18,842 nt of DNA. Origin: Ginkgo biloba (lineage: Eukaryota > Plantae > Ginkgophyta). Under the pieces are notes generated by a model. It worked only from the letters and a program-made list of their open reading frames with translations, was not told the origin of the DNA and searched no databases. Shown in pieces: positions 9,641 to 18,842 of the stretch. Position 1 is the first letter of the stretch. Each line of letters begins with the position of its first letter. Location: the NCBI GenBank assembly GCA_024626585.2, contig JANKJI020000002.1, positions 112,951,006 to 112,969,847 of the forward strand. Reading direction: 5' to 3'. A program made the translations under genes and the position numbers.

Positions 9641-10705
9641 TGGAAACCCATCACTCTATGTCTTCTACAAGATTCAAGCCAAGGCAATAACTGAGAGGAG
9701 TAATTTCATTCTTCCAGAGAATGTATCACCTAATAAATTTCATTTTATTGAAGGAAGATGCATTCTTGATCATCTCATTGTTGTTTGGGAAGAAATGGAA
9801 TGAACTACGAAACTATCCGAGAGACTCCATTCATGAGAATAGATTTTGAGAAAACTTACAACAAGGTGAAGCAACCCTTTATCCTCTCTATGTTGGATGT
9901 TCTTGGTTTTCAGTCCAACTTCTTAAGAATGGTTCAAATTTTTTCCTTAACACTTTTGCTTATATCACTCAAAGATAGCTTGAGAATGGTTCAAACTTTT
10001 TTCCTTGATGCTTTTGCTTGTATCACTCAAAATAGCTCAAGAATTTACTTGTTTGGGTTATTTAGATCAATTAGGCAAGGGTGTCCACTTGCCCTTCCTT
10101 TATATGTCCACAGAACTAATGTGTCGTGTTACTTAATTATCCATAAAGAGACTAGGTATAAATCAAAGGGATATAGTACCCGAGTCTTAAAGGGAAACAA
10201 ATGGTCAATGGGCACTTTATAATTGGCATCCTTCCTACACATCTTGAAAAGGAGAATCATGTGGAATACTATGGACTATATCAAGATCCTAAATGAAGCA
10301 TCTGGCTCCAAAACCATTCAAGACCCTATTTTACCACTTCAACAACAAAGAGAAGACTAATTACACAAAAAATTATGGTAGTGCCTAGATAAATCTTCTG
10401 ATTCCTAAGCTTTCCATTTGATTTCATGGCCTATCCTACAAAGATGTGGTCCCTTGTGATGTATATAATTAAGGGCATATTGACCTACTAGATGACCAAG
10501 TTGTCGAGTGTAGATGCCAAACACCAAGTAGGCACAAAAAGTATTGGTTGCCACTCATGTATATCACTTTTATGTTAGGTGCCCTCCATTGATGCTAATT
10601 GACAACTAATAAAGCTCCTTAGATCTTCGGGCTCCTTTTGAAAGCTAAAAAGGCATCAATAAAGTCACATTGAATATTTGTTTCTTACCATAAGAAAAAG
10701 GCAAG
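9641..10705 (+). pseudogene. Second decayed L1-clade LINE reverse transcriptase fragment
   Basis: WKPITL (9641), YKIQAKAITER, FIEGRCILDHLIVVWEEME*, IDFEKTYNKV, LGF, SIRQGCPLA, VNGHF (FADD lost), EASGSK, KVLVATHVY, KVT*..EKG. The order matches the first LINE but the sequence is divergent. Confidence 0.9.
9922..10035 (+). repeat. 57-bp tandem duplication inside the LINE RT
   Basis: 9922-9978 CTTAAGAATGGTTCAAA-TTTTTTCCTTAACACTTTTGCTTATATCACTCAAAGATAG versus 9979-10035 CTTGAGAATGGTTCAAACTTTTTTCCTTGATGCTTTTGCTTGTATCACTCAAA-ATAG. Confidence 0.95.
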
Positions 10706-11390
10706 TTGATCATTATAGACATCCACACATAGAGTTTTTCTTTGTGTGCTCAGTGGATGGTTATGGCCATANNNNNNNNNNNNNNNNNNNNNNNNNAGCA
10801 CAACTACTTGCAAACAATTTTTTTAATAAAGAGCACAAAATTTGCAAGTACCATTACAACCAACTAATAAAACATTATTGAATATGTAATGAAACTATAA
10901 GTCAACAAGTTATAGGCACAACTTGACTCAAGGAGAACAAAGGTCATTCAAACCTTCAATGAGAGTTGTCTCTAAACTCAGTTGCTACCTCAAATACCCC
11001 ATGGAGATAACATATGCAACAATACTAACTAGGGGTTTGTNNNNNNNNNNNNNNNNNNNNNNNNNNNNNNNNNCTCCAAAATATCCACAAAAACAAGCAA
11101 TATTTCATCATACAATTACTCTAACATTTACCAAATTAGAGACGTAAGAACAACAATCAACAAAATATTCAAGTGACCCCATAGATAAGATAAAGTCAAT
11201 AAAGAAAATAAATATCCTTATTTGAGAGAGGTTCTCTCTAAAAGCATAACTAAGCCCTGGAAAGGTTAATGCCATAAATCACTAATACCATAATAAATCC
11301 CACCACAAGTATTTAAAGTGAAAATATTTATAACTCTATAAAATCTCCAAAACGACTTATCCCGTCTTTCATGAATCCAAATGTAATTAT

Positions 11391-11939
11391 TGTATACCTA
11401 GTACACTAGGATAGTTGATGGTCGCCTCTCCTATGATCAGTTATGGAGACATTATAATCAATTGCGGTAGAATATAGACGGTTGCACTAGTTATATAGTT
11501 GGTTGCAGGGTTATAGAAATGGTCGCAATAACATATAGACAAGGAAAGGCATACATTCTATTACAAGACATTGAACAATCAGTTACAAGAGAATAGAAAA
11601 CAATCACATGCAACTTTGAGACAGGAAGTTAATCACCACACCATGAGCCATCAGTCACAAGTCAAGTTTGCCAATCATAACTTGTACGCAGTCGGTTGTG
11701 AGAAAGATTAACTCAGTAGTTAAGATTATAGTTGCTCTAATAATTGGAATGAGAAGTCACCATTATGATAATGAAATAAAATGCCCATTGAGAATGAAAG
11801 GTCACATCTTTTTAGAAACCTCCTCCATTTGTATTTATATGCCACCATTTGTGGCAGTTGAATCAATAATCAATATTGAATATTATCCTAACCATCTATA
11901 TTATACTTGTGACATTTGTAGAGGATAGTTGGTATAACA
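11391..11939 (+). mobile_element. Probable solo LTR (~549 bp)
   Basis: Termini TGT-ATACC and GGTATAACA are inverted repeats with one indel. It has an internal U3-like repeat array and TATTTATA near 11833. The flanks ATTAT and ATGAA match at only 3 of 5 positions. Confidence 0.55.
11419..11735 (+). repeat. Degenerate ~20-21 bp tandem array with a YRRTYRY core (inferred ancestor CGGTCGC)
   Basis: Cores: TGGTCGC 11419, CAGTTAT 11438, CAATTGC 11459, CGGTTGC 11479, TGGTTGC 11500, TGGTCGC 11520, CAGTTAC 11580, CAATCAC 11601, CAGTCAC 11652, CAATCAT 11672, CGGTTGT 11693. Confidence 0.7.
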
Positions 11940-12371
11940 ATGAAAGCATTATACTAATGTATTCTCATTACATGTTGTGAGTCTTGTAATTGCATAATGT
12001 TTATTTCTATTTTGTGAAGCATGTTGAATGCCATTATGTATGTTTCAACTCAGATTGACAAGCAACCCATCTTTCTAATTAATGCANNNNNNNNNNNNNN
12101 NNNNNNNNNNNNNNNNNNNNNNNNNNNNNNNNNNNNNNNNNNNNNNNNNNNNNNNNNNNNNNNNAGCCAAAGACATATTAACCCTAGCTATCCCAATTAT
12201 GGCAAGGTCTTTCTAAACAATCAAGGGAGCTACATGTATTCAATTGGCACATAAGGGGCAATGAATCTCCCACCAATCCTAGAACTAAATGAATGAAGGG
12301 ATAGGAGAAAATTGTGAGTTTTAGTATGCCAAATCAATTGGTTCGCACGACAAACTAGCAAGAGCGAAAGC

Positions 12372-13966
12372 TTGGTGATCTATAAATGCACAAGCAGTAG
12401 AACAATGGAATCTCAGTTAGCACAATCACTAGAGATATACTCCATCTTATGCATCTCAACCCCAAAAAGGAGGGTTACTAGAATCAACTTCAACACTAAA
12501 GAAAGTACATGGGCGGTGGAAATAGAAGAGGATGCAACAAGATCGATGCTCAAAGCTAAGGACGACAAAGAACCCTAGGATAAATAAGATAAAGAGTTAC
12601 AATTGCATTATAATTGTGCACCGCCAAGAGACAAGGACAGGTGAGATAACTGTTGGAATGAATTCCATACTCTAGTCAAAGATCTAACCTTTGGATCGAT
12701 TCTTACAAACAAATTACACCATTTACCGTATGGTATAACATACTATTTTTAGCATGGCAATAATCACAACTACAACAACAAAAACAACAATAGCAAAAAT
12801 CAANNNNNNNNNNNNNNNNNNNNNNNNNNNNNNNNNNNNNNNNNNNNNNNNNNNNNNNNNNNNNNNNNNNNNNNNNNNNNNNNNNNNNNNNNNNNNNNNN
12901 NNNNNNNNNNNNATATGCAAAACCCAAAAGGGATCACAAATGAACTACATATCAAGTCTTAGATTTTTAGTACCCTACATGGGGTAGTGATCTCCCGGTA
13001 TTCAATATATCAACACCAACAATCCCACCTTGGAGGAGATCCAAACTCTATTACTCGAGCGATTCTAGCATTTACAAGATCTGTTAACCATATTGTAGGC
13101 TATGGAAGAGATCCACCAACNNNNNNNNNNNNNNNNNNNNNNNNNNNNNNNNNNNNNNNNNNNNNNNNNNAACAAATGATGCCCAAGGGATGTGCCATGA
13201 ACCCTTCATCTACTAAAAATTTTTGGGCAAGGGTGATTGCCTCATGTCTACAACACGTAATGCTTGCACCGAATGCACAACTACAAAAAAGTTTGAGACC
13301 TCCCCATGACATTTTAAAATCTATAAATCAAGGACGATCATGTTCATACGAGTAGTTTCATTCCACCAACCCCAAATCTAGAAGTCGAACAACTTCAATA
13401 GGAGATCGTAGCATTACAACTTCTAGGAAAANNNNNNNNNNNNNNNNNNNNNNNNNNNNNNNNNNNNNNNNNNNNNNNNNNNNNNNNNNNNNNNNNNNNN
13501 NNNNNNNNNNNNNNNNNNNNNNNNNNNNNNNACCCAACCAGTTCGATCCTATTAAATTAGGTGTTTATTGATGTGATTCCACATCACGGCCAGGTCTAAG
13601 TCCAAAACTATCAGCAAGGTGCAAGGGACAACACCCCTTAGTGACATCCTAAGGGTTGAGCCTTTTGCAAGGTTCAAGCTCCATAGCCCAAGAGATCATA
13701 TGGACAATTTACAATATGAAACCTTCAAGTCCTATGCTTTTGGCTAAGGAGGAAAGTCCATTGGAGGACATTGCAAAAATAACAAAGGATTTTGTAAAAT
13801 GAAACACAATTCGACGTGAACTTGGCAAAAGATCACCTTTGGACAATTTATCAATTGCCATATTGAATGCTAGAAAAGAAAGCTTGAGCAATAACAAAGT
13901 TGCATATAATAAGGTATCACACACCCACAACAGTTTACTAAAAAATTTCTTGACAATAGTTTAAGT
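12372..13966 (+). pseudogene. Fragmented ORF remnants, probably a retroelement internal (gag or accessory) region
   Basis: Plus-strand ORF pieces at 12372-12578 and 12987-13355, plus a frame at ~13650-13963 (..MKPSSPMLLAKEESPLEDIAKITKDFVK*NTIRRELGK..LNARKESL) with low-complexity tracts. No diagnostic motif. Confidence 0.3.
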
Positions 13967-14898
13967 TGTGTCAGAGCAAAGTGCAAAGTCAGAGAAGGAT
14001 GCAAAAATGCATAAAGCTTTGAAAAATAGCATAAGACTTCGATAAAGCATAAAGCTCCACTAGATCAATGACTGAGATTGCTCAAAGTAAATCAACGGTT
14101 AGGATCAAAGTTCAAATAATCAAAGTAAGAAGCAAAATTGCATAAAGCTCCAAAAAAAAAAAAAAGCCATGACCCTGACAGATCAATAACTTCGATTGAT
14201 TGAAGAAGATCAACAGTTTGGAGCAAAGCACAACATCTAACGAAGTTGCAAAATGCAAAAAGGCCCTACATTGCACAAGGCACTTTGAAGCCTCTAAAAT
14301 TCCAACTCAACTTCCACATCAACACTTTGTTGCATAGCAGATGGCCACATCAATTAAGATTCAACGAAGACGTTGAATGAAACAGTTTGGTACCTAAATT
14401 GACAATTGTAGCTTGAAATGTTATAGAAGCTCACTCAAGCTCAGAAACAGGGAGGGTAGCAAAAGGGAGAGGCTACAAAAGCTTTTGTGCAGAATCAAAG
14501 AAGTCCTAATGAAAGCAAAGGGATGGGCAATCCTAGATCCTTCCTTCTTCCAACTTAAAGCTTTTAAGCTTAGGCTTCTTGCCTGCAAATTGTAAGTTGA
14601 TCCTCATGGAAAGAAGCACTTCTATGCACTCTCATAAGCATTTATGAATCAGGGGAAACTAAAGCTCTGTGTATTTATGGACTTTGATTCCACTTCCCAG
14701 CTTATTGTAAAAAAATTGCAAAGCATACCATTTTTTATTAACAAAAGAAATCATTCATATGTGTCTGCAGCGTAGGAATGTGAAAATCAAAGTGTTTTAA
14801 AATTGCTTCCGCTATACACATTCTGGGCTTCTGATCAAAAGCTAATGGTGGGTATTTGTGTCCCTAGGGACCCTTGAAATACAATGCACTCTATAACA
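13967..14898 (+). mobile_element. LTR-like unit (~930 bp)
   Basis: TGTGTCAGAG...CTCTATAACA termini (7 of 10 inverted match). Internal repeats: GCATAAAGCT three times and a 49-bp repeat (14062-14110, 14180-14228). TATAGAAG near 14422 and a hairpin near the 3' end. Boundaries are tentative. Confidence 0.5.
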
Positions 14899-15934
14899 TT
14901 ATTATTCGACCTATTTTTGGTCTAGTGTCGCATGCATAGTTCACAAATTGTTCAATGGATTAAATGGATTAATACAATCCCAAGGCTAACCATAGTTAAG
15001 GAGTGGAATCATAACTTATCTTCCCTCCGTAGCATGATACAACCTCAAATCATGGAGGATAGAATGATAATTTTTATGTTGCGTCCTCCTANNNNNNNNN
15101 NNNNNNNNACATGTACACGTGCAATTCAGATGGTGACTGCTTTTCAGTGAAGTCTCGATGGAACTTCTTTTTTCTTGACTATAATTATTAAGTACATTTG
15201 TTGGAGGTGCAACGCATGTTTCATATTGTTGTCCATGAAATTTCACTCATAGTAGGCTTGTGTTTGAAATGTGTCGTAGATTGTCTTTATGCTCGTGTTA
15301 TAACTTGTGGAAGATTGGTTTGTACATCCAATTATAGAAAGGGGCCCTATAAGCATGCTTCAGGAATATGAACCAAGTTGATGGTGAGTATGAATATATG
15401 TCTAGAGGTATGTCATGATTTGACTTATACCACTTCTTAGAGTTAGAAGGCATTATAGTACACTCATTTTTCAAACAAGAGAAAGGATGGGGTAAATTGA
15501 AGATGTGGAGCATGAAAAGTTAGACTAACAAGCATGAGAAGCACAAATAGGAGGAATAAATTGAGCTTGTGTCCAAGATACTGAAAGAAGAAAAAGATAT
15601 GACCATAGTTAACTATGGGAATGAATTGATGGACACATTAGGGGTTGTAAATTACGGCTCTTACAGCCATCCCCTTCCAAAGAAAAGATGGACGAAGCTA
15701 AAGGCAGAGCTGACATTAGAGGAAATGTGCCGCAAGTTGCTAACTCAACGGATTCAGATGTTGCAATGGGAGAGAGAGGTGTCGAGCCTTTGGAGGACTC
15801 AAAGCTTGCTCCAGAACCCCAGGCTAAAGACAAGNNNNNNNNNNNNNNNNNNNNNNNNNNNNNNNNNNNNNNNNNNNNNNNNNNNNNNNNNNNNNNNNNN
15901 NNNNNNNNNNNNNNNNNNNNNNNNNNNNNNNNNN

Positions 15935-17470
15935 AAACCATGCTTTAAAGAGCAAGTCAAAGAAGAAATTGCCAAATGTTAAAAGACAAATACACCTATG
16001 AAGTTGAAAATAGTGAATGGGTGAGCCATATCATCATCATCTGAAAGAAGAATGGGAAGCTCCTTGTCTATGTTGATTATTACGAGTTGAACAAAGTAAC
16101 TAAGAAAGATCAATTTCCTATACGTTCACTAAATATGTTCTCAAAAACGTTCCCAAGCATGAGCATTTCTCCTTTAATGATGGATTCAATGAATACAAAC
16201 CAAGACAACATCAGTCCCAAGGATCAACTGAAAACAATGTTTGAAACATAATGGGGTACTTACCCATAACAAGTTATGTTGTTTGGGTTGACCAATGCCG
16301 CTGCAATATTTCGATAGTACATGATGCTTTCAAAAATTATATGGGCAAAAAATTGAAAGATGATTGGACCTTGTACTCCCTCGTTAGTGAGCAACTCGAC
16401 AATGTTAAAATTGTGTCACAAGAGTGGTCTTTGTCTCAACCCAAACAAATGTACTTCTATGGTGTCATTAAGGAATTTGTTAGGGTACATTGTTACTAAG
16501 GAAGGTTTTCTTATGGATATAGTCAAGGTGGCACTCATCCTAGAGTTTCCAACACCCAAAGCAACAAAGCAACTAAAAGGTTTTCTCGGCCTAACAAGTT
16601 CATTTCATAAGAAATTAAGCCCATATTTTTGCGACACTCGAACAGTTTTTTAAGAAAGGGATGCCATTTAAATGGACACTCGAGCAATAACTTGCCTTCG
16701 ATGCATTAAAAGCAAAGTCAATAATATCCCTATTTTAAACTTTTCTAATTGGGGCAAAGAATTCAATATCCATGTTGATGCCTCATTAAACACAATTGGC
16801 AGCATTTTGACATGGTGAAGGGAAGAGAATATTGACCACCCAATTTATTTCACAAGTCCTAGATTATCATCTACCAAGAAAAAACTCCATAGTCACCAAG
16901 CGCAAATGGCTCGACATGGTTTATTCCAAACAAAACTTTTGACACTATATCTTACCTAGCCATTTTTTTTTTATGTCAACCACTAGGCATTGTTGTACTT
17001 AAGTGAATAGATCCATCTTGCAAGGATGCATGAGTATATGGTTGCTCTTATTTCAAGAATTCAATTTCATAATTAACATTAAGCCCATAGTATGACATAA
17101 TGCACTTGATCCATTATCAAGAATCGATACATAGGAAGAGGCCCTTGATGTTCTTGACTATTTTCCCAATGCAACTCTTTCATGTCAAGCCAATACCTAA
17201 TTGGTTCAATAACATTGTTGAATATCTAGCCATAGGCGCAATGCCTTGAAGCTTTGATCATAATGAGTGTTGTAACCTTGCACAACAAGCAAAGTCATAT
17301 AAACTTATTGATGCGATGTTATAATGCACGAGCCTAGATCATATCCTATGATGATCTATAATAGAACATAAGTCCCATCGATTGTTCACCAAGTGCATGA
17401 AGGCATCACTGGAAGACGTGTTGATAGTGATCAAACAAATGAAAGATCCTCTTCACTAGGTTATTGATCC
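15935..17470 (+). pseudogene. pol: Ty3/gypsy pol pseudogene part 1: RT, RNase H and the N-terminal half of the integrase zinc finger
   Basis: QVKEEI, SEWVSHIIII*KKNGKLLVYVDYYELNKVTKKDQFP, SFNDGFNEY, FGLTNAAAIF, DDW (16359), LNPNKC, LLGYIVTKEG, QLKGFLGL, FNIHVDAS (16777), HPIYFTS, WLLLFQEF, LSRI, VHEGITG (17396), KIL..GY*. Many stops and frameshifts. Confidence 0.95.
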
Positions 17471-17479
17471 AATTGATTA

Positions 17480-18323
17480 AATATAGACAAATCATGTTGA
17501 AATGACTTGAAATTTTGACACATGGTGCAAAATATATGCAACATGGCACTTACAAAATTTCATAAAATTTCCACAAATTTTGATAGGTCAAATTGTATTC
17601 TTATTGCTTTTCTAATCGGGGAAATTTTTGAAGTATTTTCAATATAGCAAAACTTCAGCCTCAAATTGGGCACAAGGAATCAAGAATAAGCAAACTATTA
17701 TCAAACAAGAGTTGTAGAGCTTTCCGTTCACTTTTGAGAGAGATAAAGAAATTGAAAAATGAAGCTACAAGAAAAAATTTATGGCCAAAATACTTGGATA
17801 TGCCACTACATGACATGGCTAGCAATCCATGTGGATGGTAGAAAATAAGTGAAAACAAAAAGGTTGGAGAATAATAGAAATAATAAAATAACCAAGATAT
17901 TTTATGATCATTTTGTGTGTCACCTTTTTCATATGGTGAGATATAAATTCCCATATAGAAGGTAAAGCTTTGAAATTTCAGGAGTCTTTTTCCTTTCCCT
18001 TTATTAATGGGTGTGCAAGTTTGAAGAACCAGAGAAAGAGCTCATCTTTACCTCAAACATAGTGAAACCCAACATCCACTAGAGGTTTATAGCAGGTTCT
18101 CACCTATTTGGACGCTAAGCTATCAACTCGTTAATCTTATCTATAATTCCAAGTTGTAATAATAGAACTTATGAATACTTTCTTATAATTGTGCACACAT
18201 ATAATTTCTCTCTCTTGTTTTCTTGTTTGCAAAGTGTTGCTAAGGGTTCTCTACACCATTAACCAAAGTTCTCTTTAGATTTTTGGCTAGTCCCACAAAA
18301 CCAAACCTTGGCCCACAAGTTTA
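17480..18323. mobile_element. ~850-bp non-coding insertion (solo-LTR-like) splitting the integrase
   Basis: The pol reading frame stops near 17470 and resumes near 18330. The insert has TATAGAAG near 17956 and GGCCCACA near its end. GATTA occurs at both flanks (17475-17479 and 18324-18328). Confidence 0.7.
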
Positions 18324-18328
18324 GATTA

Positions 18329-18842
18329 GTTATGGCACCAAAAATTGGGTTAAAAAATGCAATGTCTACCAACGAGTTGATAAACCTACAACTACCCTTT
18401 GTGCCCAATCTTCACACAATGTCCATTCGAAAAATGGGGATTGGATTTCATGGGGCCAATTAATCTAGCAACAAGATGCATAAAAGCTCATTATATACTA
18501 GTAGCTACAAACATGGTTAGGAAATGGGTCGACTCACAACCATTATGACATTACAACGCATGAAGCACAACATGTTTCCTGTATAATGATTATTAACCAC
18601 TTTGGTTGCCCTGTTAAATTTGTCAATAATATGGGGTTGGATTTTTAAATGCCACAATCAAGCACCTCAACCAAGAGTTCATGATATTACACTACAAATC
18701 CACCCCATATTGTCCTAGGGATAGCAAGCAAGCAAAAAGAACAAATAAGATCTTGAAAATTGTGTTAAAATGGATTTGTGACATAGGTCGAATCCGATTG
18801 GGCTAAGAAGAGTCATTCGACATTATAGGAAGATTGTGCCCA
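18329..18842 (+). pseudogene. pol: Ty3/gypsy pol pseudogene part 2: integrase CxxC remnant and catalytic core (runs off the window)
   Basis: TKNWVKKCNVYQR (18358, second Cys to Tyr), PFEKWGLDFMGPIN (18435), YILVAT..KWV, FGCP (18601), HYKSTPY, RTNKILK, DWAKK. Confidence 0.95.

Noticed and set aside
9922-10035. DGR-like template/variable repeat pair
   Set aside because: The copies are adjacent, lie inside a dead LINE RT, and differ by methylation-type transitions and indels rather than A-to-N diversification.
11222-11243. AGAGAG-GTT-CTCTCT hairpin
   Set aside because: A short low-complexity stem expected by chance.
12339-12352. TGGTTCGCACGACA as a second PBS
   Set aside because: I cannot match it to a plant tRNA 3' end, and there is no clear upstream LTR.
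14852-14926. Helitron 3' end (hairpin plus CTAG)
   Set aside because: The CTAG lies ~40-50 bp from the hairpin, farther than the usual ~10-15 bp.
17661-17954. 97-aa minus-strand ORF
   Set aside because: F/Y/S-biased chance frame inside a non-coding insertion, with no recognisable motif.

Overview
AT-rich, CpG-depleted eukaryotic DNA, almost certainly a land-plant nuclear scaffold. A non-angiosperm (moss, fern, lycophyte or gymnosperm) is my inference from the element types. The window is a nested graveyard of decayed retroelements broken by 14 N-gaps, and I find no intact host gene, RNA gene or CRISPR array. In order: (1) a decayed L1-clade LINE ORF2 (RT plus C-terminal CCHC remnant) with 3' UTR, hairpin and short poly(A), about 271-3835 (+); (2) a minus-strand tRNA-iMet primer-binding site at 4890-4902 with an LTR/leader-like region and a decayed small coiled-coil ORF; (3) a decayed minus-strand accessory-type ORF cut by a 311-bp 3' LTR with PPT (6813-7134); (4) a 386-bp LTR-like unit with perfect 10-bp terminal inverted repeats (9245-9630) next to a second, different LINE RT remnant (9641-10705) containing a 57-bp tandem duplication; (5) LTR-like units at about 11391-11939 (with a CpG-eroded ~21-bp array) and about 13967-14898; (6) a Ty3/gypsy non-chromovirus pol pseudogene (RT-RNase H-integrase, 15935-18842) whose integrase HHCC finger is split by an ~850-bp insertion. 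I cannot support a new functional system here. The most open question is whether the PBS region belongs to an LTR retrotransposon or an endogenous caulimovirid.
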